Below are positions 50,005 to 62,480 of a stretch of 64,000 bases of DNA, in pieces. Numbering within the stretch: the stretch's first letter is position 1; each line of letters starts with the position of its first letter. This DNA is from Monocercomonoides exilis PA203. Lineage: Eukaryota > Protista > Preaxostyla. Location of the stretch: positions 310,001 through 374,000 of the forward strand of contig LSRY02000031.1 in the NCBI GenBank assembly GCA_001643675.2. The letters run 5' to 3'. The notes below the pieces were generated by a model. It had not been told where the DNA came from. It saw nothing but the letters and a program-made list of their open reading frames with translations, and searched no databases. A program made the translations under genes and the position numbers.

Positions 50005-51410
50005 GTTAAAAAACATTCTTTTTTTCTTCGTATGTTTAATTTTGATTACAAAGACACAAATGCTTAACAAAATTTATCGCATTGCACAAAAGAAAAAAAA
50101 ACGATTTTAATAAATTATTGAAAAAATGAACAAATGATTTTTTCATAATTTGCAAGAAGTTATTTTGCAGAGAAAAATGAGATATTGATTTTTATTAATT
50201 TAATAAATAAAATGGTGAAAATAACAAAAATCATTTTAAAAACAAGATCATTAACGTGCAATTATTATTTGCATGTTTTTGCACACAATAAAATTTGCAA
50301 TTTAATTGTTTATGTATTCCAAAAATTTTCGTGACTCAATTGAACTCAGTCAAGCTGAAATGAATTCGGTTTATTCAAATAAACCCGATCAATTCGAAAA
50401 AATATGAGTTCATTTGAATAAACCTGGTTTATATGAATTTAAAAAATTTTATTCAAAATTCATTTAGTATTTTCTAACATTTTTCTCAATTTAAGAATTT
50501 TTCTGTATTTTTTTGCATTGTTATGGAAGACTTATTATGATATAATTAATGAAAAAGTTTGGAACAAATCTCAGTTTTTTTCTAAAATGCAAAAATTTTG
50601 TCCCATATATGTAATTTTCAGAAAAAAATTTTCATCAGAATTAGTTGATTAAATAAAATTATGATTTCAAAAAAATCTTCCCACACAATATTTATTAACA
50701 ATAGAAATTTGGAAGCAACAAAAGACTGAAAAAGAAAAGAAATCACAAAAAGAAAGAAGTATAACTTTAAAAAAAAAAATCAAAAAAAAAAAAAAAAAAC
50801 ATTATTGAAAATTATTGTAAAAATTGAATGAGATGTTGTTAAATTATTCTTCAAAAATAGTATAAAAATGAATATCATGAAGGGGAGAAATGTATTTTTT
50901 TGTTAATGAAATACATAAAAATACATAATTACTGAATAGGAAGCAAAAAGATAAAAAATAATATGTCAAAAAAAGAACGATAAAAAGAAAATATAAGGTA
51001 TTTTTCAACAATTTCAAATTCATTGTACTAAGTTGTAAAGTATAAAGTGAAATGTTATTCCAAACCTCCACTATTACATAACTAAAAAATTAAATAAAAT
51101 TCCATTTCGAGAATATATACACAAAGCCACTTCACAGAAAAGAACTCAGATGTAAAGAATGATCTACATATATAAAATTATCACATTTGTGGTTCTTTCG
51201 TGAAAAGCAGCGCATAATAATCCAAAGCAAGAGAATAGTTACTATTACTCGGTTTGGATTATTTAAATCATGAAAAAAAGGTGATGGTGCATGCTATCGC
51301 ATGCTTATTCTTCAAATCTTCACAAAGTTTTAATACATATAAGAAGAATATTTATACAAATACGTTCTTAAGGTTTCTTTTGAAGCTTTGCTTTAATTCG
51401 TATCTTCCAA

Positions 51411-54400
51411 TCACAAATTTTCTCCTTCCTCACTTTGTTTCGTGCTATTTTCTCTCAATTTATATACAGTATCAGCAAAAGTAATATCTTCGTCTGTAAA
51501 ATGCATGTCGAAAAGAGATATAAGTCTTTTTTTCCCAATTGCTGAAGCAGCTTCATTCTTTGCGAGAATATGATCGCCTATCAATGTTAATCTCTGCCTC
51601 AAAAGGACATGCTCGTGCTTGTGCTTCTCAATTCCTTGATACGACAGATGCTCCATTTCTTTCTCCTCTTCTGTGAACACAGCCATCACTGTGGTTAAAA
51701 GCTGCTCGTATATTGAAGATACCACTCCAACATGTTCATACTGCTTCATCGCAGTGATCAGCTGTTGTGTCACATCCAATATGAGCTCTCTTCCCCGATC
51801 AAACTTCTCGTTGCCTGTAACCATCGAAGGCAGCATCTCCACCTCCTTATCGTTGGCATCAATCGGAAGTAGCTTTAGCAGCTTAAACGAAACACTCCGA
51901 ATGAACTTGTTCTCACTGACCCACGACATGCTGTTGCCAAAGAATGAGGCGATGAACAACGCACAAAACACTCCAACAACAACAGATACAACAGTCTTTG
52001 ATTCGTCCACTTCTGCTTTGCCTGTCTTTAGAATTGTGTCCGTCATCTTGTTAATACCTCCGACAATGTCATTTCGCAGTGATGTCATTATAAAATGAGG
52101 CTCTGTCACATTCGGAGTAATAATACTCAAGTCCATCTTCGAAATCCTCTCGACATAAACACGCAAACGCGCAATAAGAGAAGATAATCCGTAAATCTTT
52201 CCTTTCACTCCGTACATTCGATAAGGATCGAGTGTCGAACAGTCATCTGTCTCCTTTCTGTAGCAGCTGGATGGCTTTAGAAGCATCTCATAGTTGATGT
52301 CTGTGCCCATGCGCTTCACTGATATTAAATCGTAAGTATCATCATCTGCATGCGAATAATCGGAGTCGCCAAAATGGCAGTTCAGATGAATAGCTTCAAA
52401 ATATCGTGCCATTGGAACAAGAAGAGAGCGGGAAACATCTTTTGAGCCTGAGCAGTGCGACGAATTATACATAACTGGATTCAAAGAGCGGGGAAATGTA
52501 ACTGATTGGTCTGTTTTGATGATAGGAATTGGCTGGAGGATGGTCATCATCAGAAACTGGATCTGAAACAGGATCGACGCACGCATTCCAGAAAGAATGA
52601 TGTTTGCTGATGTTGACTTATAATTAATCACATACCCACACACCACTGCCACTGTGGAGCTTGCAACCACCAGTCCAAGAGACAGCGTTAAGACGATGTT
52701 GACAACAATTCGTCGTGAAACTGGACTTGGCAGCTGTTTGTAAGCACCCTCCAGCCTCTCAATCTCCTTTTCCATCGACTCTTCCCATGTGGTATCATCA
52801 ATTGCGTTCCTAACAATTCCCAGCCTCTTCTCCTTCTCCATTTCTTCATCATCATAAAAGTATTGTTTTGCTGCATTGTTCCACTGATTTGTCTGAGCTG
52901 CTGATGGAGATGCATTCACTTGCTGTGTTTTCTGTACTTCATTCGCTTGCTGAGAAGTCGTATTCATACGCAATCCAGGCGATGTGATGTTGTTGGGTGT
53001 ATCGTTGCTCCAAGGCACCGTCTTCGCAGCTGAATCTGAGGGTATCATTCCCAACGAAGTGAACAGTGTGCCAGATTGAATCCCATCTGAAGAACTTGAT
53101 GTTGGAAGCAGCGCAGTTCCCAGATCTGATCCAAACTGGCTGCCGTTCATCGGATAGATCGAATGTGACGCCAATGATGCCTGTGTGCTGCCAATAAAGT
53201 CATTTCCTTGAATGTTCGGTGACTGCGGATTGACGTTCCCAAGCATCAATTTTGGAAGCTGACCGTTTAAAGACCGTTGTGTAATTGGAGATCCAATGCT
53301 TGGCCCAACTTCTATCAAGCTGCTCATCTGCTGCCCACCATATCTGCTTCCACCATCACCCAATCCTCCTTCTCGCAAGTTCATCTTCATCATCATATTC
53401 GTTCCGTCTGTTCTTTCACCTTCCAAGTTCGCATGTTCTGTTGGCAGCATCGCGCTCTTTGCCCTCTGCACATGCACATCTGTCCCTATTTCGCTATCTG
53501 TGTTAATATCTCTCAAGTTTTGCACTGTTCTCACTGTGAGTGGCTGGCCGACCTTGTTGAATGCCATTCCTTTGCTCTCAGCCAGTCCTTGTGAATATGA
53601 AACAACTGTGCAGAATGAATGATCAAAGCCAGATGAAACGCGTGCCATGCCTGGTTGCTGTGCAACATTGCCTACAAATGATTGAGATTGAGTTGTTATT
53701 CCATTTGGAAGCAATGCAACAGGATTCGGATGTAAAGTCGAATGAATGCTATGTTCATCATCCAAGAACGAAGGTGTTTGCTGGAAGGAGATCAATGAAG
53801 AGCTCTGTGCACGAAGATTAATATTCTGACTCTGTGGAGAAGAAGCAAGTGCTTCCATCGTCACGCTTTCGTTTGAGAACTTTGCAACAAGATCCACATT
53901 GTTGTTTTCGTTGATATCCTCTGAGGACTTTACAGAGTCCAGCGAGTCCATTGATTGCCTGCCTGCCCACATCTCCTCGTCGTTGCTGATGATGCTTTCT
54001 GACTGCTTCAGTGCATTGTGCATCGGCGAAAGCTGAGACAACTCGTAATCATCGTCTGCATCTTCTTCGCTCAGCAAACGCCGAATAGCACCCTGCATCT
54101 TGATCTTGGGCACATCGAGCATCGTGTGATAGGCACGCTTTCTCTCCCGGACAGACCGTCTTGTAAAATGCACAAAGAGGAATGTTTGGATGCCTGTCAG
54201 CGGAACGACTGTGAGCATGATGCACAGCACAAACGCCATTATAATCTCATCGCAGTTCTTGTTCATCAGATCGTAATAAGACACAATCACACGCTTTGCA
54301 CCATCTAGCACAGGTACAAGTGCGTTGAATGCCATGTACTGAATATCATTCAGATAGTCTGGCTCAGAGGGGCGCGACAGCATGTCTGTGTTGGACAGAT

Positions 54401-57302
54401 AGCGGCACACCTGAGACAGCTTCGCCATCACCTCCAGCATCGATGACGGACTCAAGATCTGCTTCTTCTCCTTGATGACCTCCTCTACTGAGCCATCTGA
54501 CTGCGTCTCGTTCTTCGTGGTGAAGAGGAAAATGTATGTGTTTATATTTGCTGTCTCCCACGGCTCCATGTTTGATGTTGTGTCGTGCACATTCCCCAGC
54601 AGCGTAGTGATGCTTTCTGCGTTCTCTGCCAGCATATCGATCAGCACATGCTTCTGCGTCAGCGTCGGCTCCCAATGGTCTGCTGGTGTTTGGTCTGCGA
54701 AATGAAAGCGTATGTCGTAGATGAAGTAGTTGTAGCCCAATGACCCTGAACGGGCGGTGTAATACGACAAGTCGCAGATCTCTCTCAGCGTGTCCAGGTT
54801 GCGCTGGTACATATCAGACATTGAAAGATACACAATCAGCGAAATCACCAGCGCTGCTATTGAAATCAGACTGAATGTTGCCAATGTGCATGTCAAATAC
54901 GTTGCTTGCTTCTCCATCTCTCCATTGGCACTGCTACCTGCACCCATCGACATGTCTGAAAGAAGCGCTTCCCTCTTCTTCCTTTTCCGCTTCTGCTTCT
55001 TCTTCTTCACATTCTGCACTCTCTTCCTCCGCTGCAGCTCTTCTGTTGACTGGTTCCACTGCGCTTCTGGAGCAGCTGCTGTGTTCTGCGTGTTGGCTGT
55101 CTTTGGAAGCGATTCGTCGGAGTTTTCATTCGAAAGTGGTGTCAAATTCTCGCTCCCGTCGGCTGAATTGCTGTTTTTCTCGTTCTTGTTCTGACGAATT
55201 GCATCTGAGCCTTCTTTTGGAGTGCGGAATCCTTCATCTCCGCTTTCTTCTCCTTCTCCTCTCGCCATCTTTCCACTTCCTTCTCCGCTTTCTATTCCAC
55301 TTCCGCTTCCACTTCCATTTTCATTGCCACTGCCGCTGCTGATAGGCACCCCCAGCGCCTTCGCCTGGTCTGTACCATCGCCCTCTGTGATGCTCGTCAG
55401 GATATCTGCGTCTGCCGCAAAGCCCGTCGTAATCGAAGGCTCAGAGCTGTTTGAAGTGTCGTCTTCGATTTGGTCTGCCCTGTTCAGAATCATCTCTGCC
55501 GTGTCCTCGTCGTGGAAGATGTCCAAAAGCAGGCGTGCATAATTCCTCAGCACTTTCGTACTCTGCCCATGCGTCGCCATCAGCTCCTCGTAGCTCTTTC
55601 GAGAAACATCTTCGTTCTTCACAATCTCATTCAACAGCCGCAGCATCGCTTTGTAGTCAGGTTGTGACGATGTGATGTTCTCAAAGAACTCCTTCAGTGC
55701 GCTAACTGCCTTTTCGTACCCGTTTTCTGCTTTGGACATCAAAGATACGAACGTCAACGACGTAAGCTCGCTTATCCTTCCTCTGTTTGCATCGCCTCCT
55801 TCGCTGGTGTTGCACTCCTTCGATTTGCAGTACAGCACAAAGCGCAGAAAGAACCCGAGCGGTAGAGAACGCGCTTTGCGCAGGAGCGGCTGCGACTTGA
55901 TGAAGTTTTTGCGATATGCCTGCAGAAACGCAGCATATAAGTAGTACAACTCGCCGTTGTTCTTGTTAGCGCGGATGCCCTGTGTGTATACAAACTCCAC
56001 GAATGACAGGTGATCCAGCGAGCGATACGAATCCACCTGCACAAACCTCACTGATGGCTCTATTCGTTCAGGCTTCTTCATCGGAGGCAGTGCACTGGCT
56101 GCGTTTTCTGCGTGAGTGTCAATCAGAGGATTGCCTGTGGCTGAGAGGAGATATCTACCGACTCTCACTTTGCGACCTATTTTCGGCAGCACCACCGCAC
56201 TCAGCACAATCCCAACAATCAGACCAAACACCTGCAGCGCAACAGACACTGCCCATACCCCAGTGGCTCCTTCGATGACGAAGCCTATTTCTCCACAAAG
56301 ACGCACACAGCCAAAAATACACCATGTGCTTGCCTTTAATAAGTTTCCTGGGAGCTTGTAGATCGGCTGCTTCCACACGAAATAAACGACCATCACTAAT
56401 GAAGATCCAACCGTCACCACGCCACGCCAAAATGGCCAAGCAAAAAGTACCCTCATTGCAAACACACATCCGTATAGGATGCTCGATTCTATTGACTGCC
56501 ACATTCCGTTCGGAGATGACCACAACCCCCCATGCTTGGGGTGATGTTCAAAAATCATGCTGTTCAATAAAAATGACATAAGCAAAAAATATGCAAGTCC
56601 GATAATCCCCATTATTAATCCACAAAAAGTTAAAGAATCCTTAAAGCAAGATAATTTTGATGCACGATGAACCATTTCACCTTCAAAATCTATACAATCA
56701 AACGTAGAGATACTTATCGATATAATGGGTATAAATAAAATAGAAAATGTGAAATGAATGAGCCAGCGTAATAGATTTATTATCCAAGGTTGTGATCCAG
56801 CAATAGAACGGAAGAAGACAGCAACAATCACCACATATACCGCAAGAATAATCAAAATTGCACATATGAGCATGACAACCATAGGAAGACGTTTCCCCGC
56901 CATGTAGCTGAGCGAAGTTCCATCTGGAAAACAAACAAACTGTTTGTGAAATGAAAAATTAATTTTTATTAAAAAATTACAACAGCCACAAATTAATTAA
57001 AACAAAAGTGTTCGCGATAATTTCAATGACGAGTTCAGAAAAGATTAAATGCATACTGATGAAATTTGATTTACTTTTTGTGTGGAAATGTCAATCCGAA
57101 AGAAGCTCAAAGTAATCATCTGAATCAGCATAAATACCCAAATAAACATATTCCAACTTCGACTAGGATGCTTTGTCTGGTTATACAATGGTGAAAATAA
57201 CGAAAAAATAATTTCATCAAGTTTTCCAAGTCCTTCTGCCTGTGCAAATTCAATCATTGCTCCGCTTGAAGTTGAACTCAATGACTTGCTTTCATCAGAC
57301 AT
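51411..57302 (-). CDS. TmcB/TmcC-like large multi-pass membrane protein with a C-terminal hemerythrin-like domain
   Basis: Exon 1 (57302-~57058) splices in frame via ...CAAACAG|TTTGTT to the 1830-aa ORF. N-terminal TM bundle, TPR-like NGELYYLYAAFL and VLRNYARLLLDIFHDEDTAEMILNRADQIE, and two further TM-loop-TM units. C-terminus MVTGNEKFD..VFTEEEKEM..Y...HKHEH...MHFTDED. Confidence 0.8.
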
Positions 57303-57486
57303 TTGCTTCGTAATTAAATTGTATTACAAATATTGCTCCCAAAGAAACCTATGATCAAATAATATATAATATCTCATTTTTCAAAATATGAACTTGATTA
57401 AAAATTCACAAGTGATTCAAAGAATATCATAAAAAAGCTCTTCAGATTCCAAAAAGATAAGGAAAATCTAAAAAACAATTCCGAAT

Positions 57487-57521
<35 letters not shown>

Positions 57522-58347
57522 TGATTTATCCTTAAAAAATAGTCAAATATATTTTCATGTCTTTATTTGAAAAGCTTCAATGATGTCAAATTCTTTTTGA
57601 AATCAAAAAGAGATGATCATGTTTATAATTTCTTTCTAAAAAGATAGATTATTTTCTATTTAAAATTTTCAACAGATATTTAAGAACATAAATTACAATC
57701 GAAAAGAGAAAAATGAAATAGTGATTGATAATTCTTGATTTTATTTTTGTGATAAAATATGAGTTTTTATGTGACTATTGACGGACAAAATTTATATCCT
57801 GATGGACAGAGAGATATTTTTCTTTTCAGAACTTCAATAATCAAAACAATAATTTCAAATACAAATATTATAAATAAAATAAATCAAAGAAGTGGGTGAA
57901 AATATTGACTTTCAAGCTTTTAATGCACACAGCAGAAAATATTGTTTCATTCAAAATTTTGTTGTATAAAATCAGATTTGAAAACTTATTGAATTTTCAA
58001 ATAAGCGAAGAGATTCAAATAATATTACAACAATTGGTTTTGTGGTCTCACTGATATTTCATAAAATGAATCAATTTTATTCATATTTTTTTGATCACAA
58101 AAAGAAAATTAAAAGTGCATTATTTTGCAATGAAAATGCCTGAAGTGCAATATTTTATTCCAAGTGAATCGTGAAAACACGATTTTCAAAAATGATATTG
58201 ACAAATAGTTAAATCAGATATTTAATAATCATCGGATCGTCAGTGAAGTCAGTGACTGTCAACTGATTCAGTATCTGGAAGTGAAGAAATTCTAATATTA
58301 TTTGTGAAACAAAGTTAAGTTTGAAAAATGAAATAAAAATTATAAAT

Positions 58348-58602
58348 GGGTGATTATATTTGAAATCACTTCTTTTTTCGGGGTGTTAATTTTTCAGAGC
58401 TTGTTTGTCATTGAGAAAAGATATTTCATTCTAATTGTTGAATTATTACTACTGTTACTAAAAAAGAATGTTTTTAATGAAATGAAAATGAAGATGATTT
58501 GAATAAGCCTTTTCATTTTTTGTGTTTTTTTGTTGATTTTCAAAATGAATTCTCAAGAGAAAAATTTTGGAAGAAAAAATTTACTTTCAAAACAAATTAC
58601 CC
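58348..58602. mobile_element. Second 255-bp copy of the GGG...CCC MITE, TSD AAAT
   Basis: AAAT|GGGTGATTATATTTGAAATCA ... TTTCAAAACAAATTACCC|AAAT; the interior is colinear with 47580-47834. Confidence 0.85.
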
Positions 58603-59070
58603 AAATTGATAGAAATTGATTTATTGTTCGAAATCCCTATAAATTTGCATAAAAAAACATTTTTCAAAAGCCAATCCTGATATGGATTTTCATTTGCTGA
58701 AGGATGTGACTGATAATTTTTTATCTGTGATTATTGGTTATTATTGACCATTTCAAAATACGAATTTTTCCTGTTTCAAATTGTTTAAACATTAATATAA
58801 TAATAATAATAAATGATAACAAAGGAAGGCATAGAAAAAGGCTCAAAAAAACTAAATTGGAAACATGTGTGCGATAAATAAAAGTTTTTGGATGTAATGG
58901 ATATCGACATATTTCTGTTCAATAATATTTCTTGTGAAAAATGCGCTATTCTTTTTTTTTTAAAAACAATTTTTTATCCGATCTTTTCAAAATAGCAAAA
59001 CGTAATGAAGGATTTTGAATTTTCTTTTCTCTTTGAAATAACATCAAATATAAAACCATATGTAACATAT

Positions 59071-59215
59071 GGGTGATTATTTTTGAAATCATTTTTTCCC
59101 AAACAAAATATTCAGTTCAAAATTTTCTCTTGAATATGAATCAAAGAACATTAAAAAGTGAAAATACAAATAAATAATATGGGTGATTATTTTTGATATC
59201 ATAAAAATTTACGAA
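59071..59215. mobile_element. Two further partial ends of the 255-bp MITE family
   Basis: ATAT|GGGTGATTATTTTTGA at 59071 and 59181. The first continues like the reverse-complemented right half of the MITE. Confidence 0.6.
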
Positions 59216-59779
59216 GTTTGATCATTAAAAATTTTCATTAAGGGTTACGTTGATAAGAAAAAATTTTTGTAAAATAAGGCGAAAATATAGTTAAATATAT
59301 TGTTAATATAATTTATTTGTTGATTTTAATTTGTTTCCAATTGTTTTTATTTCAAATATCGAGAAATAAAAATAATTTATTAAAAAAATATCGAAAATTC
59401 GATAAACCTAATAAAACATAAGTTAACTGATTTCAAAAACATGAATACAATATTCACAATGTATAATCAATCAATTTTGTTAAGTAAACATTTGTTAATT
59501 AATGTTATTGCAAAGAAATTTAGAAACTGATTTCGAAGATCTGAAAACTTTTGTTGTTAACAAAAATTTTCAAAACAAACATTGACAAATTTGATAGTAA
59601 CACATTATATTTTCCATCAAAATAATAGTTTGTTGTTTATTTTTGTTCAGAAACAAAAAATTCTATAAATTAGTTATTCTTATTTATTGATCAAACAAAG
59701 ATACAGAAAAATAACAAAGAAAATAATAAAAATTGAATAGAAATTTGTTAAATTTTGTTTCTTAACACTAAAAAAGCTT

Positions 59780-61900
59780 CTGTCACACGAACATCTTCAT
59801 TTTATTTTCCTCCCTTCGTTTCTCCGTTGATTCACCATATTTCTTCCTCGTCTCTTATCCTTCATCCAGATATCCACACCAGATGCTCCTCTCCTTTTGT
59901 CGCGACGCTCCTTTTCCATACGGGCTTAACAAAAAAGCTTTGCGAATGCAATGGTTGATGCAGCAGAAGAGCGTACGTCTCTTGAAAGCAACTCCCTCGC
60001 CTCTTCATCATTATCGCATCCTTTTCTGCATCCACTTCAGCTAAACTTGAATTCCTCTCAGTCTCTACCTCTTGGCTCCCTAGCAATTCCCTCGTGGCTA
60101 TCTGCCCATCTGCTCTGGATAGCTCCGCTTCTCTGGCTGGCTTGGCTGCCCCAGACCAAAGAACAATAATCGTTTTTCACTCCTCCAATAATACCAACAT
60201 TGTGCGCTCATCCAACTGAGCAGCTCTTGTGTTAATATGGAAAGGTGATGTGCCTTTGACTGCGCTTCTAAGGCGTACGTGTTCACCAGTTATGTGAGCG
60301 AAGAGTCTTCCGAGGGCAAAGTTGCAATAGTGTTCCTCAACTGCGAGAAGTCGTAGCCGCACTTGTCCGAATGCATCCTCAACTTCTGCTTCGTCTTGAA
60401 TAATGAATTCAGGCAAAATGAACTCTTTCTCCGATGCTCCTCCATCCCCGCCCAAATCAACGAGTCCCTCTTTTCCTTCGGCTTCACTCAGGATTCTTTC
60501 GCTTGAAACACGTCAATCTGCGAGTTTGACTTCTCCCACACAGACCCCAACCCCGATCTCTACTTCAACAAAGTCACCTTCATCATATTCTACAACGCCT
60601 ACCATATATTTGTCAATCAAGACATCGGCTCCTCTGCGCACCATTACAGCTCCCCGCTTTCCTCCAGTTCCTTCATCTTCACAACAGTCATTCACAATGA
60701 CAGCCAGAATTGCCTTTCCAACATGGGAGTTGGATCTATCTTGTGAAGTCTTGTTCCTGTTCACTTCGTCACAACCATCTCATTGTTGTTGCATTTCGCA
60801 ACTTTTGCACCCTTTCATACTGCCACATCTCCTTCCATTAATTCTTCGTGTATTTCCAGTCTTCATTTTTCTGCCTTTTCAACGAATCTCTTGCTGTGTC
60901 CTCCTCTCTCCTTTCTCCTTCCGACAAGCATCTTCACCTCAACCACATTCTTCTTTGTGCTTGAAGAGGATATCTGAGCCTCTTCCAATCCGATCTTCGT
61001 GCTCTTCCCAATTCCTGCGTCTATCTCTCCAACATCAACATCTCTACACAAAACGCTGCTTCAATCGAATTCGCTTTTGATTATGAATCCAATAGTTCAG
61101 TACATCATCTTATCTCAACGTATATCGCAATTGAAAGCAGTATAATTGTTCTTATTTATCTTTTTGGAATTGAAATATCAGAAAGTCCCTTCAGCTTGAT
61201 GCACTCCGTCTTAACTTCCATCTTGATTGGAAACCATATCAGCAACATTTATGACTGAAACAGCAGCATGGCTTTAGTGTATCTCAAACTGCACCATTCT
61301 CCAAAACGGAACTTCTGCATCCTTTGGGAGCGCAGTCGCGTTTATCCATCGATCTTTAGCTTTCCTCGAGACATGCTCAATAAATGGATTCGCTCTGCAG
61401 CTGCCACAAGGATCCATTGGACACCGCATCTGATTCATAAGAAAGTGTCTGTGAATGAAGAGCCTTTCTGATTCATTACAAAAGAAGAACAGCCGAACAT
61501 AGTCTCCACAGAAACACGTGCTTGTATCAACTGCTGTAAGTTTACTAATAGCCCCGTCTTCCCAAATAATTAATCCGCTTGCTAAAACTTCACCTCCTTC
61601 TCGCTGTTCTCTCATTATTGCCTTTCCCTGGAGAGGTAATGGCATGCTCTCCCGCACCTCCTCGTGGCTTCTCAGCCGCGAATGTTCCCTCAACGGTATC
61701 ATATCTCAGCGCACTTCCACATTCTTCGTATCTGTGCTCCATAACGCTCATGAAAAAGAAGCAACAGATAGAATGATTCAGATAAACAACGTATTCCTTC
61801 CTGCCACATTATTTCCTGTTCTGGTTCATCATCTTCTTCTCCTCCAACTTCTCCCCATTTCCATTTAACTTCCTCATTTTTTAAAATCTCAGCAATTTTC
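59780..61900 (-). pseudogene. GC-richer, coding-like but fragmented region of unknown family
   Basis: Several short minus-strand ORFs with plausible composition (e.g. 60177-60455, 61274-61702) separated by stops. No motif recognised. Confidence 0.3.
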
Positions 61901-62145
61901 ACTTACCAATTTCCATTCATCATATCCTGTCAAAACGAATTCTTCAATCTCTTCATCTTTATTCTCTTCATTGACTTTTCAATCTTCTTCTCATTTTCAA
62001 CTGTTTTTTTTTTCTTCAGAAATACTCTTCTTCTATCTTTCAATAATCATCCCATATAAAGATGATAAAAAAAAAGAAGAAATCCAATTAAATGAAGTGA
62101 GAGATGATGATGAAAAAGTGGTGTAATATGATGTTTATGCACACA

Positions 62146-62480
62146 AAGAAGAAGAAATAGAAGAAAAAGAAGAGGAGGAGGAGGAAGAAGAGGAAGAGGA
62201 AGAAGAAGAAGATGATGATGATGATGAGGAAGAAGAAGAAGAAGAAGAAGAAGAAGAAGATTATGAAGATTATGAAGAAGAAGAAACAGAAAAGGAGGAA
62301 GAGGAGGAGGAAGAAGAAGAAAAAGAAGAAAAAGAAGAGGAAGAAGCGAAAGAAGAATGAGAAGAAAAAGAAAAAGAAGAAAAAGAAGAGGAAGAAGAAG
62401 AAGATTATGAAGATTATGAAGAAGAAGAAACAGAAGAGGAGGAAGAGGAGGAGGAGGACGACGACGAAGAAGAAGAAGAT
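62146..62480. repeat. Compound (GAA/GAG/GAT)n purine-rich low-complexity tract with an internal duplication
   Basis: The block GAAGATTATGAAGATTATGAAGAAGAAGAAACAGAA occurs twice (~62257 and ~62400). Confidence 0.9.

Larger units (their letters stand above)
45014..50465 (+). mobile_element. Element T2: inverted, decayed copy of T1
   Basis: Colinear reverse complement of 20953-26152 over its full length. Ends AGATGAATTGTGAATAG ... TTATTCAAAATTCATTT. The flanks AAA/AGT do not match, so the TSD is damaged. Confidence 0.88.
44973..50604. mobile_element. GGGAC...GTCCC MITE with ATAT TSD, split by insertion of T2
   Basis: ATAT|GGGACGAAATTTT at 44969-44985 and AAAATTTTGTCCC|ATAT at 50592-50608. T2 sits 41 bp inside the left end. 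Confidence 0.7.
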
